Part shown: positions 35,690 to 49,768 of the stretch, piece after piece
Layout of the letters: each line of letters opens with the position of its first letter
How positions within the stretch are numbered: the first letter of the stretch is position 1
Assembly (NCBI GenBank): GCA_030704615.1
Contig: CM060732.1
Span: 50,468,001-50,532,000 of the forward strand
Length of the DNA stretch: 64,000 bases
Direction: 5' to 3'
DNA from: Takakia lepidozioides
Lineage: Eukaryota; Plantae; Bryophyta
Made by a program: the position numbers and the translations under genes
The notes under the pieces: generated by a model
Seen by the model: only the letters and a program-made list of their open reading frames with translations
Told to the model about the DNA's origin: nothing
Database searches by the model: none

Positions 35690-36753
35690 GGCACAAGATT
35701 ACCTATGATTCCCTGTGGATCAATAGCTACAACAAACCTGCATGGTAGATGGTCAACTAAAGGCAACAGCTGCAGCGGCACAGTTGATAAAATCAGGCAC
35801 CTCAACGATGACCACAACTTCTGAAAAGAGGATCAAGAGAGGGAGTCCACAATGCCTCTTTTGGCACTTCTGCAAATGTGAAGATGCTTTAATGTGAGAC
35901 AGGCAGACTGACAGAGGCTCTACAGACTTTAAACCAATGAGGCATTTCAGCATATTCAGATACCTATGTCTGTCTCTTGCTTAAGTGCATCAAGATGAAA
36001 GGCACACTCACATTATCCAAAATGGATTCACGCCAAATGTTTTTCTACTCAACACCCTTGTCAACATGTATGTTAAGTGCGGGAGCATATGCTCACCAAG
36101 TGTTCAACAAAATGTCTCAACGATCTTTGATCACGCGGAATGGGCGGGATTTACCAAGCATGGGTGTGGTAGGAATGCTTTGGAGACCTATGAGCAAATT
36201 CTGCGCGAAAGGGTGAAGTCCAACCACATCACATTTGTTTGTGTTTGCAATACGTGTGCAAGCCTGGGAGCTCTGGAAAAGGGGAAAGAGGTCCATGGTG
36301 ACATCGTCAAAGCTGGAATTGTACCAAATGTCATTCTGAACACTGCCCTTGTGGATATGTATGCCAAATGTGGGTGCATTAAAAAGGATGCGAAGCGAGT
36401 TTTCAACACTATGGTTGAACGAGATGTGGTGTCATGGAACGCGAGCCTGGCAGCTCTGGAAAAGGGCAAAGAGGTCCATGGCAAATGACCATGCTTGCAG
36501 GATATGCACAGCAGGGGCGGGGGATGGAGGCCTTGGAGGCCTTGGAGACCTATGAGCAAATGATGGGGGAAGGGGTGAAGTGCAACCATATCACGTTTGT
36601 GTGCATTTGCAATGCTTGTGCAAGCCTGGCAGCCTTGGAAAAGGGCAAAGAGGTACATGGTGACATCATCAAAGCTGGAATTGTACCAAATGTCATTCTG
36701 GACACTGCCCTGATGGACATGTATGCAAAATGTGGGTGCATTGAGCATGCAAA
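35690..36753 (+). pseudogene. Contiguous PDF-linker-PLS-PPR remnant
   Basis: [89 protein letters not shown], running into ORFs 35985..36488 and 36434..36793. Confidence 0.9.
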
Positions 36754-36960
36754 CACTAAAAGAAAAACACGGAATAACCACTGGCCCCCTTAACCACTCT
36801 TGTCTTTTACCACTCTATAAATCACTTTAAGTAATGGTAACCACTGGCTAGTGGTTAATTTTGATGAAATGCCACGGTGGCATCATATGGAGTGGTTGGA
36901 AGTGGTTTCAACCACTGAGTAATCCACGTGTAATATTTAATTTATATTTATTATTCGATA
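36754..36960 (+). mobile_element. CACTA 5' terminus truncating the PPR
   Basis: CACTAAAAGAAAAA at 36754 followed by accact/agtggt repeats. Confidence 0.7.
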
Positions 36961-37199
36961 TTTGAAAAGTGATGGGAAGTCTTCCCAACGGGATTGTTCA
37001 CTGGCACCACACCATCCCCCCTCAATGGGAGGTCCCTTGGTGAGGGAGAAGATGCAGATTTCAACTGGCGTCATAAGAAGGCTAGGGTTCCCAAGTTCAA
37101 AACGCAGCTGAAATTCTAGTTCTTGTTACCTCGTTCCCTGGCAGAGCTGGCACCTTTTCTCCCTCGCTGTCTAGAGAGTCATTACCGGGCTCCCTGCTC

Positions 37200-38883
37200 T
37201 GTTACCTCCATATAGCTTTCACTTGGGCTCTAGGCTCCTTCTCGCTCCTCTTAGTACTCTTACCTGCTCTGGCAACTCTTCCCATAACACACTATTCATG
37301 CCTTGCTCCATTTGTGCTACCTTCGGTCTTTGACAAGTTGCCTTTGTCCCAGGACTTGTTGAATTCTTAGAGAAGCTTCCGCCCACGCTCTTCTGAAGTT
37401 CTGGAAAGAGCTGCACCCAATTTATCCCAGGCTTTCCTCCCCTCAGTAAGCAAATCATGAAGAATGTGAAATAACACAGATCTGCCCCTTGGGGGTTTAC
37501 CCTCATAAACCCATGAGCAATGAGCTTTCCACAAGTTCCAAAGAGTAAGTGTCCTAAGAGCAGCCCATACCGATCAAGCACATTGGGGACCAGCAGATAA
37601 GAAATTCAGCAAAAGCAAGAAGGGAGAAGGGGGAGCAGGGAATGTTCTCCAGTTAGAGTAGAAAGCAAGAACTGCCCGCCAGGTTCTGGCAGATAGGTCA
37701 CAAAAGAGCAAAGAGTGTTATTTGGACTCAGACTAAACATGGCAAAGCATGCAGGTTGGCATTTCCTGATGTGTGACCTCTCTGACAGGGAGGATACGAT
37801 GCGCTAGAGGAAACCTGAAATCTTAGCTGCATGCTGATTTTTCCAAATGTCTTTCCAAATCCTGTCCCAAGTAGGTTGCGAAAATGCTACCCTCCATTTG
37901 GAGCACCATTTCCTTGAAAAGGAGCAGCTTGGGTTGAGCACCGAGTACCCAAGTTTCACGGAATAACCAAATAATGGAGACTTGTTAGAATCCATCCATC
38001 TCCACTCGCCCGGATCAAACTGAAGATCCTCCAAAGGGCAAGAGAGAAACCACGAGAGGCTTTGGTGTCGAGCCCACTGGGCCTCTTGACCTTCAGGTGG
38101 TAGAGGGTTAACATTGCCAATACTGTCCAGGATTCTAACATGAAAGAGGGTCCGTTTGTCAAGCCACAGCGGGCCTACAAATGCTAGACTACTGTCCCTG
38201 TCTGCCAGAAAGCCGAGACCTGCTGCAGAGTTATCATGAATTGTTTGAACAGGAAGCACAACAAGTTGGCCTTGAATCCTTTGAGTGGAGGCTATCCAGG
38301 TTGGCACATTGCAGTCATCTGGGTTAGTTCCAAGAAGGGTAAGCATGTATTGAGGTATATTCTGAAGGATGGTTGCCCAGGCCCTGCCTCTCCTTCTACC
38401 CATCAATGCATGGACTTCAGCTTCCGGAAGGAATTGCCCCTGCTTTCTAAGGTTGGCTATGTGAGTGAAGCCTTTGGGCTCCCATGTCGCCCATCTGGCC
38501 GTTTGAGTGAGCAAGAGATCAGAGTCCAAGTTATGATTAGCAAAAAGTGGCTGACGTGTGCATTCCTAGAGAGTGAGACATTCTTTGGGTGAGGAACCCC
38601 CTGATAGAAGTCCACACCTTCCAGATTGATTGCCATGGATGGGAGCCCAATGATATAGTGGCATTCTTGCCCTGCACTATCCACCTGAGAGATTGAGCCC
38701 ACAGCAGAGAAGTGGATGGTATCGCTCCCATGAGGTAGGGCTGAACCAGCTTGCTCCATGGACTATCTTTATGCTTAATTGCTCTGGGAATCCACTTGGC
38801 AAGAAGAGCTTTAATCTGCGATCTCGGATCGATGATGCCAAGGCCCCCTTTACTTTTTTTCTGGCATAGCTGCTCCCAAGAGA
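37200..38883 (-). mobile_element. L1/Tx1-like LINE ORF2, post-RT portion
   Basis: SWEQLCQKKSKGGLGIIDPRSQIKALLAKWI; YSVKLGYSVL...WKDIWKNQHAAKISGFL (zf-RVT-like). Confidence 0.8.
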
Positions 38884-40069
38884 CACTAGAAGAAAAACGT
38901 GGAATAACCACTTTGGTAACCACTCATTTTGAGTGGGAAAAGACACCCAACCACTCTGGCCCCAGAGTGGTCTAGATCCAGTGGATCTTGACTCAGCAGT
39001 GGTTAAAGACATGACGTGTCCGTAGTGGTTAAAGACAGTGGTTACGATCACTTGCCTCCGAGTCCAGTTGTTCGCTTACGTGTTACAGTGGTAAACTAAC
39101 CACTTATGACGTGTCGCTTACGTGTCACAGTGGTCAGCCAAGTCACGTCTGACATGTCACAGTGATAAACTAACCACTACAGAACATAGTGATTCCAACC
39201 ACTTCCACCGTATGCGACGTGGATGCAGCAACTCCGTCGATCATACTTAGTAATGGACGGACACGTGTCCGTATCCATATGGACACGTGGACGAATCCGG
39301 TTACACGGTTATGTTGACCATAGTCTGAACACGTGGCGATATTGCAAATGAACACGTGCCCTATTTTAGGGATGCGCTGAAAAATGCAATGACTACACAA
39401 ACAACTCTGTGAGTGAGCATTAAATACCAGGAATGGTCATGAATCGAGAATAAATAATGCATATTATCACTTATTGTGTGGTTCTACCAGTATTGCAGTA
39501 GTGTTAAGATGTGTGCTAAAACCACTTTTTGAGTGGTTCTAATAATATTGAAGTGGTTAGGTTGTGTGCTAAGACCACCTACCGAGTGGTTGTAGCATTA
39601 TTGCAGTAGTAGTTACTTTGTGTGCTAAAACCACGGACTGAGTGGTTGTACCAGTATTGATGTAGTGATTAGGTTGTGTGCTAAAACCACTCGCTGTGTC
39701 CGTAAGGGACCATGCATTGGAATTATTACTGCCAGAGTGGTATGTTAGTGGTTAGGGCTGCATCTGGAGGAGTACAACCACTCTTGCCTACTGTGACAGT
39801 CTTACATATACCACTAACAGAGTGGTGTGTAAGTGATTCATACATTCCCATTCAATTCTCCTAGAATTCCCATACTTTCCAAATGAATCTGCAAATCCAA
39901 ATACTCTTGAAGATTCACCATTCGAAAAACAGAATAGAATCCAAGACAATAAGTGTTGGAACAAAGTCAACAAAATCCAGCCATGATAAATGATGACATA
40001 CTACATCTACACTACGTCTCCGCAGGCATGCTAAAAGCCATGAACTACTTTCGTGCTTTTTGGTCAGTG
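38884..40069 (+). mobile_element. Non-autonomous CACTA-like element
   Basis: CACTAGAAGAAAAA at 38884; many accact/agtggt repeats; degenerate right end ...tttttggtcagtg; TSD not evident. Confidence 0.7.
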
Positions 40070-40073
40070 ATAG

Positions 40074-40533
40074 ACCATCTACCCATGCAGGTTTCTTGTA
40101 GCTATTGATCCACAGGGAATCATAGGTAATCTTATGCTTGAAATCTGGCCCTCTTTGATGAATCTGCACCCACACTCTATCTCTGCTCCTTCAACTATCC
40201 ATGCCTTTACACAAATCATGCATTCATCCTTGGCTTGCTGCTAGCAGCTGACGATGACAGCCTAGAGTTATTCCAGCATACACCCCAACCCTACTTATCA
40301 CACTAGTTCCTATGCTCCATTGCATCTGCTACTCTCTATAATCCAACAGGCATTCACCTTCATGCCTCGATTGTCCCACCATTGAATGGGGTCAGAAAAG
40401 TATTCATTCCACAATTTCTCTCATCTCTGTACCCTGTTTCTAGATACTTTCCTGCTGTCACATTGGTAGTATCATGTCAGTCACTCCAAACTATCAAAGG
40501 TTCACTCAACCAGCTAACTATCAGAATTCAACA
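40074..40533 (-). pseudogene. Intron-split PDF motif with canonical PDFKHK
   Basis: LWNEYFSDPIQWWDNRGMK|gt (exon edge 40358) ... ag|[30 protein letters not shown] (40074-40163). Confidence 0.9.
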
Positions 40534-40534
40534 T

Positions 40535-41400
40535 GGCCGATTCTGATTGAGATAGAGAAGGGGAAAGAAGGAAAGCGGTTCCTCCCCTGGAGTCCAAAAT
40601 AGTGGGGTTCCATAAGGAGGAGGTTGAAGGCCAAATGGAGTTCCCCAGGGAGACTATTTTAGCCTGGTCAAGTTTGTGTTCCTGCAGCAGCAAAATAGCA
40701 GAACGGTTCAAGAATCTTGCGGCCCAAATTCTAACCCTTGCTCGTTTTGGAGCAGAATGGTCAGAACCCAGACCTCTTACGTTCCAACTATGGAGAGAGA
40801 TGATCAGTCTGGAAGTTGGAGGAAGGGTGGATACCCATTTGTATCCATTCGGAGGCTCAAAAAGTAGGGGGATTTCCAAGTATAAACAACAGTGGATCTC
40901 TTCCTCTTGTTTTTGCGCCCAAGGTGGACAAATTGATTCCTTCCATCTTTAAAAGTAGTGAGGTCTGTGAGGGGTCTGTGGTTGAGCGATTGTGGGAGAG
41001 AAATGAAGAGAGAAAGAGAACTGCGGAGGGGGAGTATGGGCAGTGACAACAATCCCCCTAGCCTGGGAGAATTCTCTACTGCGAGGGAGAGAAGTCACAG
41101 AGCAGAGTCCAGACTCTTTTGGAGTTGGAGGCATGTGGAACAAAAAAGAAGAGGGGGGAGAAGCAGGCATGGGAACCCATGCTTACCATGGGAGGGGACT
41201 CGATTGTTTTTTTCTGGAAGAATGATGGTGATCGAGTTGTCCAGTAAAGGGTTGGAGTCCGAGTTGAAGTTGTCAACTCCATGCAACACCATCCCTCGAT
41301 TGTTGTTAGGCTCCTGATTGGTGTCGGGGATCTTCTGCTCCTTTGATCTTGAAAAAATCTCATCCACCAGGTCTAGACCTTCTTCAAAGATGATTTTGCT
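40535..41400 (-). mobile_element. LINE ORF1 tail and start of the APE endonuclease
   Basis: SLHSWNVRGLG...ILLLQEHKL...RGGTAFLLS in ORF 40514..40879. Confidence 0.8.
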
Positions 41401-42889
41401 GCGGGGTGCATGGTTGCATCGCCAAAGCTGGAATTGTACCAGATTTGATTCTGAACAAGGAGATGATAGATTTTGAGTTATTGGTGATGAAGTATGGTAT
41501 AGTCGTTGTCACATTTAGGGATCACCGATATGAAAACGGTTGTGACAAGTCCATATGAAGTGGATTAGCATAATAGATTAAGCTTAAGCTTAAGCTTAAT
41601 CTCATTTACAGAGAAGCAGTCAACGGCCTTGTATTGCAAAAGAGGAAGATTATAGAGTTAACCGAATGTGGAGGTTGATTCCAGATTCAGAAAAAGAGGG
41701 AGAGCAGCTAGAGAGTGAATCTGGGTGAATGGAAAAACGATAAATTAAACTGAAGTTGTGAGAAGTCGCACACGAATCCCACTCATTTTCAATGGGCCCA
41801 GGAGATCCATATGACAGGGAAGACAATAGAAATAACGTAAGACTTAATGGACGCATGCGATCTGACGGTACTTTCACCGGATTCCGGCAGCCTAGGCTCC
41901 TCCGGCGGGGGCCCTGTCAAATCCTCCTCACCCCCTCTTACCTCGATTTCACTATTAAATACTTAAGAATCCAAATCGGGTTTTTTGCTGTGGTGGGTAG
42001 CGTAACGGTAAGGTGATAGCAAGTGTGAGTTACAGTGTAACCCCCTTGACCCCAGTTTCTAATGTAACTCTAGTTAGTCTATTTTATACTTAGCCAAATT
42101 TGGAAATTTTGAGACCAAGTGTGAGTTACACCGAGTGGAGTTACACTCCACTATGTGTTACCCCAATGGAATTACATGCCTCGTCGTGTAACCCAATGTA
42201 ACCCCAACGGGAGTTTACACTCCTTCAGTTCCACGTCACTCTCAAGAGAAGGTGGGGAAGATTTGACATGCCCGAAACCGGCCTACCATCCTATCAGAGG
42301 TTGCACTTGTGCATTAAGTTCTTACATTCTTCCTATTATCTTCCATATGATACGTCTTATTCTACGAGAGCTACAATGCGGCCCGGTGGGACCCACAAAA
42401 GTGAGGTACGATATAACAGCCACGCGAGCAAGTCAAGGGTAGTCATCCCTGCAGTCATTTGACAGCCAACCACACACAAATGGCACACTCGCACGCAACC
42501 ATTGTCGAGGTAGGACGAGCCTCATCTGGAGGATGTGACCGCAAAGCCAACAAACGTGTATGGCTCATCTTTGTGAATAGTGAAATCTATTTTCATCCAT
42601 AATAAACTTGAGAACTCATCCATTTATTCTATATAAATTGTTTAATAAGAGATGTTACATGAAGGAGGTGTCCTGTGTTCATGGAGGCACATGAAGTAGT
42701 TTTCATCAAAAGAGATGAGGTGACACCTAAGGCAAGGCACAATAGGGGCTTAGCATTTTTGACACTTATGCGTAGTCTCCTCTAAATTAGAATAAAGATG
42801 AGCCAACAAACAATGGTGGAATACATGACGTAATAACTCCACCTACACTTGACTAACAAAACCAGCGCATCAGACATTAAAAAAAAATT

Positions 42890-43900
42890 GAAGAAAAATG
42901 TAAATTGGGCTGATGCCGACCTGGGAAATTAAGCAATAGATGCAGTGGACAGAGGATCTAAGATCCTAACTGTAAGCAGAAACTTTGACATCACTCCAAA
43001 ATCACCTCTATGGACTCACACTCACACGACGCAGAGAGAAAGTTAGGTGTATTAGAGAATTAGGGGAAGATGCACCTGTAAGCTACATCAAGAAAATACA
43101 TAATATTAAACATCCACTAACATTGACACAATTGAGGCTTAAGGTGACAGATATTACACAAGAATGAGTCACTCCATTCAAACATGGGATTCCAGGGTGG
43201 GGGTGGCTCAGATGGTTTAAAAGACGACATCGAGACCTATCTCTCTGAGTAGCTCAGGGACTTGAGATAGGGCGTGCCAAGGGGTTGTGCCCAAGAAATG
43301 TATCTACATTCTACACAAATTTAAATTAGGCCTATACTACACACAAGTACGAGCCACATTGGATTTGGAATTGTAATGAATCTGGTGCCTAGGCTAGTAA
43401 AAATGGAGGTGCTCGGATGCTGGCCAAAACAGGGTCCAAACAGTGCATTCCATCATACCGGACGAGAGAGGGTGGCTATCTATTTTATCCTGCATCAGGT
43501 GAGACAATTCCAAATCTTTGCATTTTCAAAGGTAAATAATTCAGACGAAATTACATTGAGTGATGGTACTGCCACTATGGCCATGCAACCTAAAGCATGG
43601 ATGACTAGTATTTTATTCTCTAAATGGATCTCACATTTCATTGCTTCTATATAAGCAAAAGGAGGCAACATGTCAACCACGAATCGACACTTGATGATTT
43701 TAATTTGCATGTGACTATTGATGATGATGTGCATTAAACGAGGGTTGTAAGCTTGGATTTGATTCCTCTGCCATCACATACAAGCCATGCATTGCAGCCT
43801 TTAGATATGTCATATTTCAAATAATTCAAAACTGCATTTCGGACTTGCAGGGATGTCTAGACATCATGCAAACAAGCTGGAAGAGCACAAAAAAATAGAT
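42890..43900 (+). mobile_element. pogo/Tigger-like transposase pseudogene (HTH, CENP-B HTH, DDE_1)
   Basis: HPLTLTQLRLKVTDITQE*VTPFKHGIPGWGWLRWFKRRH..IWNCNESG..MAMQPKAWMTSILFSKWISHF..RHLMIL..LPSHTSHALQPLD. Confidence 0.85.
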
Positions 43901-44114
43901 TTGGCACAATTCATCAAACATGGTGAACAGATGAAGATAATCTGATGGATGAAGTCTTAATGGTGTGGCAGCTCATATTTCAGAAGATACAAAGCTAGGG
44001 TTCAACGGGGATGAAGGGCAACCTCGTAAAAGAAGCCGATGGGGCAACTCTGATCGTGAGGATCACAAGGAAGGGGAAGAGACGCAATTGTTCATTTTAG
44101 AGTTACCTAAGATA

Positions 44115-44378
44115 GATAGTGGTTTTGAGGAGGCACTATAAAAGGCAGATCTAGAGTAATTGGGGCTTTTAGGAGGTATATAATAGTATTCTCGGATAAG
44201 AAAAACTTTGAAATCTAATTGTAGATTTATACTATGATCTTCATGATCATTACAAGAAAGACAATATTTCCCCTACAACTTTGTAAGAGAGAGAGAGAGG
44301 TCAATGAATGCTGTAAACAATCATACTGTCTAGGCACACATAACTAGATAGTAGTTTTGTGACATATGGTATCAAAGC
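44115..44378 (+). mobile_element. Partial LTR ending ...TGTGACA plus Met-tRNA primer-binding site
   Basis: TATAAAA box, CA end at 44364, TGGTATCAAAGC at 44367-44378; sister copy at 49299-49575. Confidence 0.8.
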
Positions 44379-44789
44379 TCAAGCCAATACAAAGTAATAC
44401 CGCAGTGGAAATTAAACTATAATGATTAAAATTCCACACATATTACAAACCTTGCAAATTAGCATTCTATCCGAGCAAAGGCTGGGATAATGGAAACAAA
44501 GGTTTAAGGACAATTTGAATGCTAGGTAAGGACACGATAGCAAAAGACAAAAAGGGACAAGGCCCTTGCTAGAGAGCAAAGATACAAGTCTCGAGAGGAA
44601 CTGAAAAAGGCATTAGCCTTATCCATAGAAGAAAAAACGACAGATGAAACGGACGTAACAGACTTGAAGTCTAGAGATTTACGAAGAGAACTCAATTCGT
44701 TAAAGAATAAAGGTAAATCACCCTCCACGTGTTCCAAGGTATGTTTGGAAGAGGAGCATAGGCTTTTGAAAAGAATGACGTTAAAGAAA

Positions 44790-45550
44790 ACATGAAAGCT
44801 TTCAAACCAAATACGCCATCAGAGTTCTACGGAAAACAAGATAGAAATGCCTATAAATTATCATGGCTATTTTTCATTGAGCAATATGCCATGGCTTCTG
44901 GAAATATGGCTGAGGGGGAATAGATGGTCCGATTTGCAACCACTTTTTTTAAGGATTTAGTCTAGGCTGGTGGATGGATAGAGTTCAAAATTGGGAAGAG
45001 CATCTCAAAGAGTGGGCCATTTTTAAGGTTTTATTAGTAGATGAAATTACTCATGTTAAATTAGTCTGGAAATGGAGAGAACAGTGGTACCATTTACACC
45101 AAACTGGCACTCTGAGAAAGTACGTAACTCAATATCAAAGTTTAATGCTTAGTATAAAAGATATGACTCGATTAGACAGACTGATCTTCGTGTATTCATA
45201 GAACCCGCACAGAACCCGACAAACGGGGTGCCTACTTCATTAGACGACGCCATCAATATGGCTGACAGATTGGAAGGTTTTGAACAATATCCTACACGAG
45301 AGTTTACAAGAGACAATAATCTTAGAACAGGAGCAAACTTGAAAAACAAACTAATGGCAAGAGAAATTATTCTAATTTTAAAAGGAATAACTTTAAAGAA
45401 ACACATGGCCCTGTAAGACGGCTTTGGTAATTGAGAAAACCACACCCAAGGAAGAGTTCAAGGGGCAAAAGGCTCACACCAGAATAGGAAAAGAGGTCCT
45501 GTTCCCTTGTGACAAATATGGGCATTGAATTATGACTGCCCAAACCCAAG
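44790..45550 (+). mobile_element. Decayed Ty3/Gypsy gag
   Basis: FKPNTPSEFYGKQDR..VRFATTFFKD..LHQTGTLRKYVTQYQSL..PTSLDDAINMADRLE; degenerate zinc knuckle near 45500-45545. Confidence 0.7.
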
Positions 45551-45573
45551 ACGTGAGAGAAAATTTAATAATG

Positions 45574-47270
45574 TTACAATATTATTATAGTATGATCTTT
45601 ACAATTAATGGATATTTCATGATAATGAAGCCATTGCATTCCTAACACAATGTCATGCCCCACTATTGGAGCCACTGCGAAATTAACATTTGTGATTAAT
45701 GTACCCAACTTTATAGGTAGATCAACAGCCATTTCTTTGCACTGCTCTAACTTTCCAGTGGCTAATCTTACCACCGTACCTCTTTTTGTAGGACTGGTGT
45801 GAGCACTAAGTTTTTTTTACAGCACGTTGGATATAAAAGAATGAGTAGATCATGTATCTATCAAGAAAACTACCTCCTCCCCTTTACAATATTCTTTTAA
45901 TTGGATCAGATCCGTATCTCTTAGTTGCTCCATAGGCACTCCCAGCTCTTGAGATCTTTCTCTTAATCTTTTTTGAAATCCTTCTGTTCCTATTCTTTGG
46001 TCTCTGGTACTTTCTTCTTCGAGACTTGTTTATCCGGACCAGATGTGGATACAAGGTAGGTAAGTGCAAGGTTTGCAAGTTGTAATATTAGTGCCTTACT
46101 TTGTAGTTCTAGAGGAGTTAAGTTCCTCAAATCCATCTTTCTTCTCTTTCACTACTCCACAACACCAACCATCCATGAACCCCCGGCTGATTCAACCCTT
46201 GTGGCACTAATGGACATTGTTTCCCGTAGACCACTTGAAAGGTGATATGTCCATTGTATAAGCAAACTCAGCCGTTGGCAAACAACTAGGCCAGTCCCTT
46301 TGGTACTGGATTGATACTAACGCTCTTATCAATTCCTCTAGCACTTGATTTACTCTTTCAGTCTGCCCGTTAGTCTGTGGATGAAACGAAATACTCATAT
46401 TTAACCCTACCCCAACAATTCTTTCCAAAATTTCCCAGTAAAACATGAGTCACAATCAGATATTATATCGTTAGGCAACACATGTAACTTTAAAAATCTA
46501 TGAAAATGATACCCATGTTCTTCTACTAACTTGCTATAAAGCAAAATGTCATCTAAATACACTACTACAAATCGATCTAAGCAAGGACTTACAACGTTAT
46601 TCATATGCATAAAAAAAGTAGCAGATGCATTCATAAGCCCAAAGGCATTACTAATATTCGTAAGATCCATACTGCGTTCTACAAACTGTTTTTCTATATC
46701 ACTCTCATTGACTCTAATCTGGTGATATCCTGACCTTAAATCAATTTTAGAAAAGACTTTAGCCCAATGCAATTGGTTCATAATGTCATCTATTTTGGAT
46801 AAAGGATATTTGTTATGAATTATTACTTTAAGCTCGATAGTCTATACACATCCGTTGGATCCATCCTTCTTAGTCACAAAAAGGATTGCCCGGAGTCATA
46901 TGTGGATTTAGATGGTCCAATAACTCCCTTTTCAATTAGCTCTTCCAATTGTTTCTTTAATTCTTTTAATTCTGTAAAACTTAGGCGATACGGATTTTTG
47001 GCCATGGGACTACTCCTTGGCAACAACTCTATAGTATGCTCAATCCCTCTAGATGGAGGCAATACACTAGGCAAGTCTTTAGGAAATAATTCTTTGAACT
47101 CTTCCAATAACTCTTTTGCCTCTACAGACATTTCCTTTTTAACTTCCCCGTTCTTTTGTTCTATCACCCAGATCATCCCACTCATAATAGGTTTTCTTGC
47201 GAATTTATGCAATTGCATGGCTGAAAGCAATATAACATGTTTATCTGCACTAGGTAATGTTTTTAATACA
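45574..47270 (-). mobile_element. Rearranged Ty3/Gypsy pol fragments (RT, integrase, protease)
   Basis: RT: LPPSRGIEHTIEL..PYRLS, FSKIDLRSGYHQIR, FVVVYLDDIL; integrase: FHPQTNGQTERVNQVLE; protease: VRLATG..DIVLGMQWL. Confidence 0.88.
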
Positions 47271-49298
47271 TGGCTTTGCTGTTTCGCCACTTCCCTGGAT
47301 GGTGCGGCCCCACATACACAGACCGATGCAGACATGGCAGCGTGAAGGAAGTATGTGAAGCAGGTGCGGAAGCATTAGGGGTTTGGGGGTGCCTACGTGC
47401 ATACCAAGTACTGGGGCCCCTTAGCTTGACTGAGGAACTCAAAAAAAGTGATGGTCATCTTACTAGTTTCACAACCCACATAAATCTCCAGTAAATCTTG
47501 TTTCTGATAAGGCACAATTAATAGTGGCACTATTGTGAGCTCAGTTTACATATTTAGATCTCCGAGAAAGCAGAGAATTCTCCAGTGGACAACATTATTG
47601 GCTTTGAAAGCTAGTTTTGATGCTCAGTGCATACTATTCATAACAGGTTGAAATTAGAAAACATCCCCTTTACACAAACATTTTCCATAGGCATTTCCTA
47701 CGTGAATGGACTCAGGTCATGAAAACCTAGTTTGAACCAGTGCCATTTCTTCTTTCAAGGCTGCCTTCCACATTTCAATGTCAGGCCAGCCATTGCACAT
47801 CAAGCATGATGGAGCATCTGTGAGACCCGGCCTATTCTTAGCTCAATTGTGTACCATCTATCGACAAAGGCGTGCCTGAAGGTCTTGCTCACTCGGGATT
47901 GTGTTGCTGTTACATATGTACTTCTTGAGTAAAGTCAAATTCACCCATATGTTCTTGAGGAAATTAGTCTTGTGATGGGCATCAAGACTTCAATAGCTGG
48001 ATTAGTAAAAGCCTCCCTTGTGGCACATACTCAATTTCGACACCCAGTGACCTCATGTGGCCATCACCTGCTCGGCTGTGAAGTCGCAGCTACAACTAGT
48101 GAATGACTGAGAGAGGTCCAATGTATTTTTTCATGTGCGCTGATCTCCATTTTCTGACCTCTATACTAAACCAACTTCACAAATGGTGAGCAATTTTCTC
48201 ACCTACCAGGCAGTAGGATTCCCAGAAAGAAAGCATAGGTATTGTCACAAAGAAGTACTTCAATGTCATTAGTCGGATCCAAGCTTGCTAATTGTGTAGC
48301 TGCTGAGAATTTGGCAACTGAAGGCTGGGCTGTAGTAGGAACGCCCCCAACATTGGACCTGCTGAGACTAATGACTCTTGGCTTGACATTGCTGGCCTGC
48401 CAAATGCAAAGAGCAATCTGGTTATCATTTACATTCTGTCCAAAGGTTGAAAATCTTTGGCTTAGAAGACAACAAAACATCACCGAATAGATAAGGAACC
48501 CCACTTGAGCCACGATTTCTACTGTTGGACAACTGCAAAGATCTGATGTCATTGCAGGATCATTCATAGTGGCAAGTCCTACCCTCAGCACCATCCATAC
48601 TCCACTTCCTACCTTGCAAAGACTGAGCCGCTCTCCAGACAATCTGCTCTAGCAGGAAGCCATTCACCAATGACCAATCAAAGGGCTACCATCACACAAA
48701 TGCTGGAACCCAGTAATTTTTTCCAAAACTACTTTGCAACCACAAAATTTCAATATGTTCCATGTTTCTTTCACTCCTAAAAATCTCAAATGTCAAACTG
48801 AATTGGATCGTTTATCTTTAGGCAAGTATCCTGAGCAAAAACCTTCCATAACATTGTACCAGCAACTTGTTAGCAACAAGTCAATCTTGTCTCCAGTTAG
48901 AAACAAGCTCAGTGGACTCTTCTCCCATTCTCCTTGGCTCACTATTGTGCTTGCTAATGACAGGCAAGGGTGAGGAGGAAGGGGAAAAGCTTAAATCCTA
49001 GACAAAAGCCCTTTGCTGCACAAGACATGTCCGTCTATTTCGATTAAGGGGATCCCTGGCCTACAATTCATCTAGAGCTAGAGAAATATGGAAGGCTGAA
49101 ACTAATAATGGTTGCGGCCGCCATTCTGCTCTTTTAACCTGACCTCTTTTCGTCTTGCAATACCAGGGTGGGAGTTTCCCAACAACAAGCCATGCTCAAA
49201 TGCACATTGAGAAATAAATACATTCCAATGCCCTAGCCTTCACTCTATGTAGAAGGTCACAAAATCCAGACCACATAAGAATCATGTGTCGAGAGAAA

Positions 49299-49459
49299 GA
49301 TAGTGGTTTTGAGGAGGTACTATAAAAGGCAGAGTAATTGGAGCTTTTGGGAGGTAGATAATAGTATTATCAGAGAAGATGAACTCTAAATCAAATTGTA
49401 GACTTATATTATCTTCATGATCATTACAATAAGGAATAAGGATAATACTTCCCTACGAC

Positions 49460-49521
<62 letters not shown>

Positions 49522-49575
49522 TTGTAAACAGTCAGACTGTCTAGGCATACATAACTAGATAGTAGTTTTGTTACA
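49299..49575 (+). mobile_element. Second partial LTR copy with expanded (GA)n
   Basis: Homologous to 44115-44364, ends ...ttttgttaca; (GA)n tract at ~49463-49517. Confidence 0.8.
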
Positions 49576-49768
49576 CAATGGGTATCTTTGGCCCTCAAGA
49601 AAACACTAACACCACAGAACATTCGCAAAGGATTCTGCAAGACTGCTGGAATCTGGCCACTTAATCCCCGTGCTATGGATTCTAAGATGCAACCAAGTGA
49701 ATATTTTCCACAAGATGAGCACCAACTAAACAGATGTGAAGCTTTGTAAATTGAGGAGGTGTTAGGGG

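Noticed and set aside
41500-42230. Palindromes (tgtcaca/tgtgaca, repeated aagctt) and gttaca/tgtaac repeats
   Set aside because: Probably LTR or MITE remnants; boundaries and TSDs could not be supported.
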